Source: Oopsacas minuta (Eukaryota; Animalia; Porifera). From it: DNA of 17,842 bases. The notes beneath the pieces are model-generated. The model ran no database searches. It saw only the letters and a program-made list of their open reading frames with translations, and was not told where the DNA came from. The translations under genes were made by a program, and so were the position numbers. This document shows positions 1-10,238 of the stretch, in pieces (within the stretch, counting starts at the first letter, position 1; each line of letters opens with the position of its first letter). The DNA is taken from positions 1 to 17,842 of the forward strand of contig JAKMXF010000047.1 of NCBI GenBank assembly GCA_024704765.1, in the 5' to 3' direction.

Positions 1-152
1 CACGATTTGTCTTGGTCACCAAGTGGACATTCGAAGTGCAATTTGTATATGTTCTTTAATTGATTTGTGATTGGTCGTCTTTGTGATTTTACGCAAAAAT
101 GACCACAAACGTAACAGAAATTGTCGGGATGAGTCCTACAATTCCGATGCAT
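1..152 (-). pseudogene. Chapaev transposase N-terminal cysteine-rich (zinc-finger) region, frameshifted
   Basis: Manual translation from ATG 152 gives MHRNCRTHPDNFCYVCGHFCVKSQRRPITN, then after a frameshift LKNIYKLHFECPLGDQDKS(W). This matches the Chapaev pattern C..PD.FCY.CG.F...GDQDK.W. It is too short to appear in the ORF track. Confidence 0.8.
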
Positions 153-401
153 GTTTATAATTTGATTTGCCTGAATTCAAATAAGTAAAGTCATTTATAT
201 TCCAGATAATTGAATCAAAATAGGCATGCTCATATAGCAATTTAGTAACTAGGTAATACTATACTGTTGAATAAATGGATATTGGATTTCAGAATAACTA
301 GACGTGCTAGAGATATTCTGATTGCAGATTCGAGTTCAGCATTCAAAAGTATGCTAAGATAAATGTATGTGATCTCTGATGAGAAATCTTGTTGATTTGT
401 G
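1..401 (-). mobile_element. 5' end of a Chapaev-type DNA transposon (body runs off the left edge)
   Basis: The minus strand begins CACAAATCAACAA at 401 and has the subterminal motif GCTGAACTCGAATCTGCAATCAGAATATCTCTAGCACGTC. A Chapaev-like transposase start follows at 152, and the terminus is flanked by TTA (402-404). Confidence 0.8.
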
Positions 402-2171
402 TTATTCACGTGGTAATTTTCCTCGGAGAGAGAGGACTTACATTTCATAGATCATCGCTCAGGATAGGCGACGTCCTCAATGGTAATTCTCTTGGTTTAT
501 TAGAACTCCTAGCGCATTACGACCCTCTACTGGAAGAGCACGTCAGTAAAATCAAAGTTGCACAACACAAAGGGGAACGATTTCAAGCTCATTAACTTTC
601 ACCAGAATCTCAAAATGAGTTCATTAGCAGTTGTGCTGTTAATGTTGGAAGATACGCTTTGGATGAATGAGAGAGCCTAAAGTACTACTCCATCATGGTT
701 GATGCCACTCCAGATGCTAGCCACATAGAACAAGCGACATTCATCTTGAGGTACCTGATAAGAGAGAATGAGAGTTACATGGTCGAAGAACGATTTCTGG
801 CTTTCGTTGATTGCTGGCAGAAAACGGGGATCAAGATTGCCAACTGAATCCTTGAAATGCTTGAACGATATGGAATACTAATCTCTGATTGTCGCGGACA
901 GGGCTACGATGATGCAGCAAATATGTCTGGCAAATAAAATGGTTCCCAAAAGCATATAATTACTGTCAATCCTTTATGCTTATACTCTCCTTGTGGCGGT
1001 AATTCATTAAACCTGCTTGGAGCGGATTATGCTGAAAGCTGCACCGAGCTGTCACCTATTTTGGCATGGTTCAAAAAACCTACAACCTTTTCTCTAGTAA
1101 TCCTCAACGATGGCACATACTACAACTCCACATTGCATGCTCTCTTCATGGCTTGTCCGGAACAAGATGGATAGATCGTGCCGCTAGTGTGCGGCCATTC
1201 GCAGCTCATCTATCTGGCCTAAAAGTGGCACTACAACAACTCCTATCTCTGAATCTTACCCCGAAGACAACCACCGATGTAAATGGAGCCATAAAGTACG
1301 TGTCATCGTTCAGCTGCGTTGTAATGTCTTCCATATGGTTAAAAGTCCTAGTGGCAATTGACCAAAGAAATCAAATCCTCCAAGCAAGAAAAGCAACAAT
1401 GGATGTTGAAGTGTCCAACTTAAAGAGTCTACTTGAAGACTTAAAAGAGCTGCGTGAGAAATGGCCTTTGATTTTAAGTGAATGTACATTGGTGGCCAGT
1501 TCTGCGAACATTCCGAACGAATTTCCCACCAAGCGCAAAAGGATGCGAGGAGCTCTTTACAACGATCCACAAGATGGGGAAATGGCAGAATCAATTGCAA
1601 ATGATCAGAGTGCTGAGAGCGAAGAGGGACTTGCTTTCAAGCAGAATGTATTTTACGTGATTGTGGATTCTGTTACAACAGATCTAACAAACGCTACGAT
1701 TCCGCAAACAGTATCTACGATCTCTATAGCTTTCTTTGGCAATATTTGAATTTTTCAGAAGGCCAAATTATTCAGGCCTGTGTAGTCTTTGGAAAGAAGT
1801 ATCCTGATGCCAAAACCACTTGGGAGAATAAGTGATTCATCTTAAAGCCATCCATATTGTTAATTTTGGAAATGAATCTTTTGGGTCCTCTCAATCTTTT
1901 GAACACTATAAGAAAATTTAAGTTAGACGAAATACTTTGCAATGCCTGTACTGCATTGAGGATGTTCTGCACATTGCCTGTTACCGTTGCTTCCGCCGAA
2001 CGTTCGTTTAGTGAGTTGAAACTCATCAAGAACTTTCTGAGAAGCACTATGAGTCAAGGAAGACTGAACGATCTCGCAATGTTGAGCCTCGAGGCTGAAC
2101 TTGCAAAGCGTATTGACTTTCAAGACATAATCAATGAGTTTGCTATGAAGAAAGCACGCAAAGCTTTCTGA
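402..2171 (+). pseudogene. hAT transposase, central and C-terminal part (DUF4371-like core plus hAT dimerisation domain), with stops and frameshifts
   Basis: Motifs in order: FLGERGL..GNSLGLLELLAHYDP; SIMVDATPDASHIEQ (D at 701); CRGQGYDDAANMSG; CGGNSLNL (degenerate CxxH); FSSNPQRW; TLPVTVASAERSFSELKLIKNFLRSTMSQGRLNDLAMLSLE. ORFs 389-595, 1066-1749 and 1857-2171 are its fragments. Confidence 0.93.
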
Positions 2172-2496
2172 ATTACACTGACCGTAAATTTTTGTATTTT
2201 TCTGTTCTTGGCTACAATAACTCTTGGAGTATTAGCTTTGTAGTATTTGTTTTTCATTTATATTACTTAACACAATAAACTCTATAGCTATATAGCTATT
2301 GGCTATTTGAAAATTCATAGCTATAAGAGTAGGTAAATAGGATTTTATTTATTCAAATTTATAAATATATATATAATAATACAAATGCGATAGTTTGCGT
2401 TTTGTTTATTCACTTCACGATAACGGAACAAAATATTAAAGGGGGCCCGCACCCAAAATGATGACACGGGGCCCGCTCGCGCTCTCGACGGCCCTG
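405..2496 (+). mobile_element. 3' half of a hAT DNA transposon, ending in a 15-bp TIR
   Basis: A transposase relic is followed by an AT-rich 3' UTR, two subterminal GGGGCCCG motifs and CTCTCGACGGCCCTG (2482-2496), the exact reverse complement of 14348-14362. Confidence 0.95.
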
Positions 2497-2504
2497 TGGA
2501 TATG
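2497..2504. repeat. hAT 8-bp target-site duplication, copy adjacent to the 3' TIR (TGGATATG)
   Basis: Identical to 14340-14347, which abuts the 5' TIR. hAT elements make 8-bp TSDs. Confidence 0.93.
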
Positions 2505-3187
2505 GTATTGCGAAATCTTGCAGAACCTTGACTCTGAGCGAAAAAACGATTTCTTGTAGGATTACCAGTGTTCTGTTGTTGATGGCTTCAGTGTAAACTA
2601 TTTTAACAGTAAGATTTTCCTCTTTGACTTGATGGAGAATGTCTTCAAAAAGCTGTCCATATGAGTTCCCCACTGTTGGTACAGCTCGCATGATGTGACC
2701 ATTTTTTCGAAAAATATCTTAGTTCGATGTGGAAGCAGTATTACCTGCTTCTGTTAGGGTTTCATTTCAATTTGGATTATTTTCTAAATGCATCTTATAT
2801 TGTATGCTTCTAAACTCGACCATTTCAGATCTTAATTCTCCAAATCAGGTAGGACCATAAAAATGATGTAAAAGTAGTCTAAGATAGAAGCACTTGAAAC
2901 TGTGGGATGGACTGTATGAACTCTGCCCAGAACATCACATCGCAAAATTCGAGCGAAATCCGACTCCTGTTGTACCTAGTCTATGTCCTGAAACTTTCTA
3001 GTGATACTAGGTGTAGTACTTTGGAACGGTAACGTATAGCAAATTCTTGGCAAGTCATCTTCCTGGCAGAGCTGGAATTAAGCTGTATGAGTGGAATTTC
3101 TAAGTGAACCCACAGATGTACTACAGTGGTGTATCTATCATGAATTGGGGACCTGAAGAGCCTCCAGATTGCGTCAATGGTATAGAG
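2505..3187 (-). pseudogene. Helitron Rep/helicase relic: end of the Rep region and linker before the helicase
   Basis: AIWRLFRSPIHDRYTTVVHLWVHLE in ORF 2981-3253 matches Helitron EAxWRIFxFPIHERxPxVVHLxVHLE. EDILHQVKEENL..YTEAINNRTLVILQEIVFSL..LQDFAIP is in ORF 2410-2691 and is cut by the hAT TSD. Confidence 0.85.
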
Positions 3188-3637
3188 TAACCAATTAATA
3201 ATATTTATAAGATCTAAATTTCCTATTTTTGAAAAGGGTAGTAAGCTGTGCATTTGCGTATAAATTTGGTCTTATATTTGACAAGCCTATTTGACCTCGT
3301 ATCCTAAATCAATCAATGTTTTTTGTCATCATGTATTTTCTAGCACACATACCTAATTAAGTACGTAGATTATGACCTCATCACAAATGTCAATTGAATT
3401 GGACCAATTTTGATTAAGCTTGTAGTTGTAAGATCTGACTTGCCCTGAGATTAATATTTCGGAATGTTAAGAACAATTCTGACTGAGTTGTTAGCTTACT
3501 CTTCGTCCCAATAATCATAATGTAAAATAATGGAATCCACCTATATATATGCAGATTGATTACAATGTTGTTTTACCATGAATTAAGTGAATATTTGGGA
3601 TTAGATCCTCGGCCAGATCGCCAAGGATCATAGGCCA

Positions 3638-3655
3638 AGACCGAGTACTCGGTCT
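3638..3655. repeat. Perfect 18-bp palindrome AGACCGAGTACTCGGTCT
   Basis: The sequence equals its own reverse complement. Confidence 0.9.
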
Positions 3656-4189
3656 ATTCATGCTTAATAGAGCTACCTGCTTAAATAGGCCATGACCTTT
3701 ATTCCTCTTAATCTGCTCAAACTAGAATGCTCCCCGATGTGACTCTATTAATCTAGGTCCACTCTAGTCAACTTGGTTTATTGCCCCGCCCGTAAAACCT
3801 TACTATTCAATAATCAGAATAAGAAAATGAAATTTCAAATGCTGAAAGAAGTTCTTAAAGAAAGAGGAAACGCAACCTCCTGCAAATATCAAAACTCTCA
3901 TATGTTATCAAAATAATTCTCAAGCTCCCGCCAATGTACTAGTCATTTTGGGATATCTATACTCATATATTTTAGAGATGTTTAATAATGTTCGAAATGT
4001 GATAAGCCACTCTATTAATATGAGGATGAGCCCATATTCCTTATATGCATCTAACTTATGCTCGTGTTTTAGGTGGAAGTAAACATCCCGAACAAAATAT
4101 AGAAACTTTTTCTTCTTGTTATACATTGCCATTGATGCTAATTTCAAGGTGTAGTTAAAGCATATTATAATAAATCTTCCTATCCAATT

Positions 4190-5208
4190 CTATTCGATAT
4201 AACCGCCTTTTGTCTTACCTGCAGCTTTAAGTCGTCCTTGAAAGGTTGAACAGATTTACGGAATTCTTCTTGCGGAATTTCTCCGATTCTGTAATCAAAG
4301 CCTTCCGCAGAGATTCCAAATTTCTATGCTGAGTAGCACAGGCTCCGCTCTGTAAAGTCCCCCTGATGGAATAGTCTAGTTGATTCAAATCCTGACTTAA
4401 AGGAGGCCATTCTTCCTTGAACAAAAAGTCAGAATTTTCCCCTAAAAGCCAGGATTGAATTTCTTTCGAGGCATGCTGGCAAAGAGTCTTGTTGGAATAT
4501 CAAGGGTGTAGTTTGAACAAAGATCAACCAGCAGATTTGATTACAGTCTCAGGAATCAACTCTCTATATGTTTGCGAGTTAATTTTGACCCCTTGTGGGA
4601 CAAATCAATTTTGTCCGAGAATCTGCGGACACCCCAGCCCAGATCATCACAGAAAGCGGTCCTAGCACTTGATCGATGAATTTAATGCTCTCAGGGATGT
4701 CTTTGCATGACGACGCAATAATTCTATCATTTTGACGGTTAGTTGCTTCTTCTATCGTGAAATTTTTTCGTCCGAAAACAATGTTTGTTCATAATCTTAA
4801 TTTACGAGGCGCCGCAGAAGCCTTTGCACCTTTCAAGTCTTCTTACCCGAAGAGTGGGAGTGAGATGATGAACTGTTTGCCGTTTAAATGAGTTAAGTCC
4901 CAGGTTTCCATGCGTCACCTTTGCAATGTTTCGCGATTAACAGAGTACTCCCTTGCCATCCTTCCGGATTGACCGCCTGGGATTTCGGCGGATTTCACTA
5001 CGGAGGTTTCCCTTAGTGATCTCGTACGAACTGTAGTCAGTCGGCCAGAACGAGGCTTGTCCTCCACACTTTTGGTATCGTTGTATCGTTTAATAGTACG
5101 ATAAATGAATAATCTGTTGATCTTTTCACTTTTCACCTTTTTCAAAATCTCGCTCTGTGTCCTCCCGGTTATAAATAATGAGATAATTTTTGACCTCTCT
5201 ACTTCCAT
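4190..5208 (-). pseudogene. DD37D-type transposase pseudogene (about 340 codons, several frameshifts)
   Basis: N-terminal HTH region MEVERSKIISLF..RTIKRYNDTKSVEDKPRSGR. Later FQQDSLPA..EEWPPLSQDLNQLDY has 37 residues between the Asps after restoring a 2-nt deletion. It ends GGTTATATCGAATAG (GYIE*). Confidence 0.85.
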
Positions 5209-5369
5209 GTTGAAATTTCTGATTTTATGAGTATATAGATTTAGATTACTGTTTGAGCACAACCGGAAGACATATATGTTAAAATATAAATGAGAGAAAT
5301 CGTAATACAATAAATTTGAGACGTATCAGATCTATTAGAACTATATATCAGAACCTAATTGTCACCCTG
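4190..5369 (-). mobile_element. Tc1/mariner element of the DD37D (maT) type; 5' TIR present, 3' TIR not found
   Basis: The minus strand starts CAGGGTGACAATTAGG at 5369, flanked by TA (5370-5371). A transposase relic follows. No matching TIR is visible after the stop at 4190. Confidence 0.85.
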
Positions 5370-5371
5370 TA

Positions 5372-6978
5372 TTGCGAATGTTTGTAATGGGTACTCGAGA
5401 AGGAAACTCATCTCATATCTATCCACAATTATCACTTGATAAATCTGCCTTTCTTTTCGATTCGTTTCAGATCGGTAAACTAAGTATTTAGACCTTTGGC
5501 GTACATTACTATCTGAAGATCTCGAGTTACTAGGCTACAATAGTGTACTAGACTTCGGGCTCAAATTAATTTGCTGGATGAGGTTCGTATAATTCATGGA
5601 GAATTTCCATGTGGAGTAGGTATTTCTTACACCAGACTACCCATCCATACAGTTAAACGAATTGTATCTAACTTATGTCCTGATAACCATGTCTTCTTCT
5701 TAAAGTTCGAATATCCGATGGCTAGATGGATCTGGGTGTCATCGAGTTTACCAGCAAGCTATATCTAGCCCTGACCTCTCGACTAAAACTTCATTGTATT
5801 TGGTTTCAAGGTTAACGCAATCATAAATGCAAATAATCATACCTTATGGAAACTTCATCATCCGAATTCTTCATTTTGCACTAGACCAGTTGCCCTCTTA
5901 GCCATTCCAGAAAATGAACAGAGTGTCAAGTTTTGATCTACTCACTGATACATAACTAAGCTTCAACTATTGAAGAGAGTGATTTGTGTTTACACAATGG
6001 GAATCCAGGGGTCAAGATCATAAGATCTCATTTCGATATAAAGATGGTAAAAATCTTAAGCGGTTCTGGTTGTGCTAATTGTCAAATGTGTACTGCAACG
6101 TTCAAACAGATAAACGATATTAGCATAGTACATAATGGCCCTCCCATAAATGGGACAATCCACGATGCTTGTGATGTATTTGACGAGGTTAATGAGTAGG
6201 AATTTTTGTCTTTGCCAACAAATCAAATATTCAATTTAAACACAAATCGATCTCAAAAAAAGATGTCATATCAGCTTCTCCTCTACGTGCATATTTGAGA
6301 ACATTTAGTTGGATCCTATTATTGATTTGTCATTTACAATGTGGTCCTATTCAAAAATAGGTCACCAACTTCGCCCAAAATTCTTGGAGTCAAAAGATTT
6401 ATTACTAGCCTTATTGAAGAAAAACTTAGTATATCAATTGACACACCATCAGTTCAAGGCGAACCACCACATCCGGAAATGTTGTTCAGAGATGCTTCAC
6501 TCGTAGCAATTATGCTGTACGAGATTTTATCTATTGCATATTGACGGTTGTTCCCCAAGAGACACATCAAGTTGCTACTACAATCTTTAATAATTTGAGT
6601 GCTATCCTGAGATTGTATAATAGCAACAGGAAAGTGGATACTGAAGGCCTTGATAATGTATGCCGGGAGACTTACAGATCAATTTTGATCAATTTTTCAT
6701 GAGAACATGTAACCTCTACTCTACATAAACTCCTAGCCCATGAACTACAAATAATTGCAGATCAAAATGATGGCTTTGGCTTAGAAGATTTGTTTGAAGA
6801 AGGCCTTGAATCTTGTAATAAATTGGTCAGGCGATACCGTGAGAGACTCTCAAGAACATTTTGCTTTGAGGATAATGTTAAAGATGTGTTCGTCAGGCTT
6901 ATTTCTCAAAGTGATCCAATTTTAGCATCCTTTCGTAATATTACCAAAACGATTCGGAGCCAGATCTACCTGAGTTAA
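5372..6978 (+). pseudogene. Transib/RAG1-like DDE transposase core, with frameshifts and stops
   Basis: Ordered motifs: (L)DGSGCHRVYQQ (D 5725); HPNSSFCTRPVALL (5859); HFDIKM..SGSGCANCQMCTAT (D 6035, CxxC); SASPLRAYL (6271); TTTSGNVVQRCF (6463); TLHKLLAH (H 6724, H 6739); EEGLESCNKLVRRYRERLSR (E 6808); DVFVRLISQSDP. Confidence 0.85.
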
Positions 6979-7339
6979 AGAGCTGTCAAGATATTTTGGT
7001 GAATTCTCTAATTATACATACGTTATAGTTTGTAGTTCAGTGAACGGTAGGTCATTTTCAACAAGAAATGTGGTTTCATAAGTTGGTAAAAATGTGCATT
7101 TAATAGTGTTAATAATATCAAAACATAAAACATTCAATTTCTGAACATATAGCTTACAGATTGGCTTAATTATAATCGGTAAAAAAATCAGAATATTTTT
7201 GAATGTGACAATGATGTCATTACTTTCACACCAAAGACTTAGAAAATTCTAGTTGCGTCAATCGATTCCTTGGGTACGATTCCCCATATGTCAATAATAT
7301 AATTTAATACGTTACCTAATACCCTTATACCTACTTCCA

Positions 7340-7365
7340 GCTTTTTGCCATTTCGTGTCACTGTG
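7340..7365 (-). mobile_element. 3' terminal inverted repeat of the Transib element, RSS-like
   Basis: Reading inward from 7365: CACAGTG ACACGAAATG GCAAAAAGC. It lies about 390 bp after the transposase stop, and an unrelated hAT reading frame starts immediately outside it. Confidence 0.75.
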
Positions 7366-7850
7366 AAGGAGTAAGATCGCATATCTGCAAAGGTCTTTAA
7401 CTGAGCAGCAGAGGAAATTCTTACTGCCTACTTCTCATTCAAGGAATACTACATGAGTTAGTTCCGCTGTAAGTGAACTTATTGGGAAAGGTATTAAAGC
7501 TATCACTGATGGTGAATTTGTGAAGGAGCGTATTCTACTGTGTTAGGTAATGTATGTCGAGAAGAATGAGATCTATTTGCCAGGATTAGTCTCTCTGCAA
7601 GGACCGTGAATCAACGAATTGAATATTAGCCTTCAAATATCAGAACATCATTCTACATACTCGCTTAACAATTTGAATTATATTCAATTGCACTTGATAA
7701 GAACTGTTTCCACTGATATTGCTCCAGGTGCATTCTAATTAGAGGAATTATTCCAACAATTGACATTACAGAAGAATTAGTAATCTATTTCCAGGAAAGG
7801 ACACCAATGCAAGTATGAATATATTCCAAGTAATTCTAATTGTCTTAGAA
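7366..7850 (+). pseudogene. Charlie/SPIN/Buster-type hAT transposase fragment (GTF2IRD2-like family)
   Basis: SELIGKGIKAITDGEFVKE (about 7470-7530), ISLSARTVNQRIE (7585) and RGIIPTIDITEEL (7741) match family motifs KPFTDGEFVKE, ISLSARTVxRRIE and RGVxxxFxITEEL. Heavily frameshifted. Confidence 0.75.
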
Positions 7851-7875
7851 AACGTACAGTTTAATCTAAGTAATA

Positions 7876-8085
7876 CAGTAGACCCTCGCTAATCCGAACA
7901 GATGTGTTCAGATTAGCGAATTTGTTCGGATTAGTGAAGTAATACATTTATATGGGGAATTATAAACATTATGCAACTCAAAATTATAGGAATAAATATA
8001 AGTAGTATGTATTACAAATCAGATTATGGTACTGTAAGATACAATACAAACCTCGCTAATCAGAACTTCACTAATCCGAACGAAA
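7876..8085 (+). mobile_element. pogo/Tigger-like MITE terminus remnants
   Basis: TA|CAGTAGACCCTCGCTAATCCGAAC starts at 7876. CTAATCCGAAC/GTTCGGATTAG occurs repeatedly in both orientations, and a second similar head (CCTCGCTAATCAGAACTTCACTAATCCGAAC) lies near 8051. Confidence 0.5.
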
Positions 8086-8099
8086 CATTACTACCTTGG

Positions 8100-8191
<92 letters not shown>
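8100..8191. repeat. (TAC)n microsatellite, about 30 units, ending at an N
   Basis: Read directly from the sequence. It generates the poly-Y, poly-L and poly-V ORFs. Confidence 0.98.
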
Positions 8192-8192
8192 N
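8192..8192. other. Single N, possible contig join
   Basis: The N separates the microsatellite from the middle of a mariner coding sequence. Confidence 0.6.
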
Positions 8193-8525
8193 CTCGTGAG
8201 TTTTTAGAGAATTATAGGATCGGAACGCTACCCCACCCACCCTACAGTCCAGATCTAGCCCCTTGCGATTTTTGGTTATTCCCAAAGCTGAAAGATCAAC
8301 TTCGTGGGAGGAGATTTTTCAGCAATGAAGAGTTGACCGGGGCACTTTTCTTAGCAATTGAGGAGATACCCAAAGAAGAATGGAAATTGTGCTTTGATAC
8401 CTGGTTTAAAAGCATGAAAAGGGGTATAGAGTGTCAGGGTGAGTATTTTCAAAAAATATGACCATATATTCTGTAATACCTATTATATAAGTATATAAAC
8501 GGCAAAACTTTTCGAGTGCCCCTCG
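8193..8525 (+). mobile_element. mariner element, 3' fragment with TIR
   Basis: LPHPPYSPDLAPCDFWLFPKLKDQLRGRRF..GEYFQKI* (stop 8461), then AAAACTTTTCGAGTGCCCCTCG|TA, a mariner-type end. Confidence 0.9.
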
Positions 8526-8666
8526 TATACGTATATGAAAATATTGGTGTTAAAGTATTAGTTCTCATTGACATTTAGCGTTTTAAAGTCCGGAGGACCA
8601 GAAACGAAGCACTTGAAAGAATATTAAACAACTGTGTATATATCAGCGTATTTTTGGATGCACACC

Positions 8667-8681
8667 GGTTGAGAACTACTG
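8667..8681 (-). mobile_element. Isolated Charlie/SPIN-like hAT terminus
   Basis: The reverse complement CAGTAGTTCTCAACC resembles the CAGYGGTTCTCAAC TIR of this group. No partner end or TSD was found. Confidence 0.45.
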
Positions 8682-10238
8682 CAGTAAATATTAAAGTTCG
8701 ATCAACAAATGAGCACCATATCATTGTTTAGCATCAAATGTTGCGAAACAATCACAGATCTAAGACTTGATAGTATAACTATAAGTCACATTATGGCATG
8801 CGTAAGAAACCAGAACAAAACTTTGATGATCTATTAAAGGTGTTTTAATCAGCAATAGTGTGTAAAAAATGAAGTTTTATTAATGATAGTGTTAGTCACT
8901 AGGAAGTATGAACCACAAAACAATAGAAATGCACATAGTATAATAAAATGAAGATTTCCCATACGATTTTGCTTATAAACGATAAAATACAATAACTTGA
9001 AAATTTTTGCCTCGAATTTGGCTATCTTCATCATTTGCCCTACTCTATCAGATACAAATACCAGTATTTGTGAGATATTTTAAAATCAACGTGAGGTAAG
9101 ATACAAAATTAACCCTCGAAGGATGGTTATCGCAGAAAACCTTGTTCCTTGGATAATTTTAACAATCGCATTTTAATTCGAACTATCAAGCTATAATGTT
9201 TCTGCCTCATATATTTCCAATATTCTAGGAATTTGACCGTCTTGAACAAGTGTTCTCACCATTCCTGCCCTCTGATTTGGCACACAAGAATTCTACTAAT
9301 ACTTCTTCTCAACATTTAACTCTGAAAGAATCGATGCCCATTTCACAAATGGATCTTATTTCACATAATCTCATCAACGAAATGGATTATCGAAAACTCG
9401 AAAAAGAATTTTTTGAGTTGTCCTTATCTTATCACCAGCAGTGTATTACTATTGAAAACTATAGATCAGTTCATAATCACGTAAATCAATTAATATTTGA
9501 CAGAAAGTATATAGTAACTTTCTCTATAACTGCAATAGATCCCTGATTGATGGTTTGTTTCTCCTAAAATCATTTATTTGAATAAGGACTGTATTGATTA
9601 ATGCCTATAATCTTAGTATATGTATTGTCTCCACTGATGTCTTTGATGCGTTAAATATGTTTTTAAAATACTAATAGACCATTTATATATCTTCATTCTA
9701 TAATGGAGTGATTCATAATGCTGATATATTTCTAGAATTATTGGGTTATGATATTGAACGCATCAATGACAGCACTGGAAACACGACATAGATAAAGAGA
9801 ACTTTCGATGTGTGTGACTTTTTCATAGTTTTTCATATCCGCTCATTTAATCGAATATTCTTTATTTACGATAGTAATAACGCTGAGCAACAATTTTGGT
9901 ATTTGTATCCACCTGTGGCAATTTGAGCTGTTCTAGTTTGATTACTTAAGGTTGATCTCGCTTATAGGCTCAATATATTTTTTCACATAAAGATTAGCTC
10001 ATATTCAACTAGTGAATTAGAGGAATTCCCAAAATATTTACAAAATCAGTATTTGAATGTGATCTTAAATAGATGTATATTGATAGATTTTCGAATTATA
10101 GTGGTGCTGAGCCTCATTAATAAGCGGAATGCATACTATTTGAGCGAACGTACTATGTGCACTGGGTATGATTTCTCTGGATTGTACTTGAATAATATTC
10201 TGGATTTTTTAGTTGTAAGGGCGCTATAATATATTGTA

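Noticed and set aside
1310-2123. Minus-strand ORFs 1310-1600, 1772-2047 and 1923-2123, and plus ORF 1478-1660
   Set aside because: They are antisense or off-frame shadows of the hAT pseudogene with no motifs of their own.
402-2171. Calling this a ZMYM1 host gene
   Set aside because: It has TIRs, a TSD and multiple stops, and no MYM fingers. It is a hAT transposase that is often annotated that way.
2281-2330. Repeated ATAGCTAT palindromic units in the hAT 3' UTR
   Set aside because: Short, low-complexity and AT-rich; expected by slippage.
3200-3250. AAGCTGTG at about 3243-3250 as the missing left Transib end
   Set aside because: It faces the wrong way for a left end, matches the heptamer only partially, and has no AAGGA TSD.
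5372-6978. Calling this RAG1 or a functional recombinase
   Set aside because: It is frameshifted, has stops, has a TIR, and shows no RAG2 or clear non-core domains.
7971-8285. Poly-Tyr, poly-Leu and poly-Val ORFs
   Set aside because: They are translations of the (TAC)n microsatellite across an N.
7366-8461. Domesticated genes GTF2IRD2 or SETMAR
   Set aside because: Only short broken transposase fragments are present, with no GTF2I repeats or SET domain.
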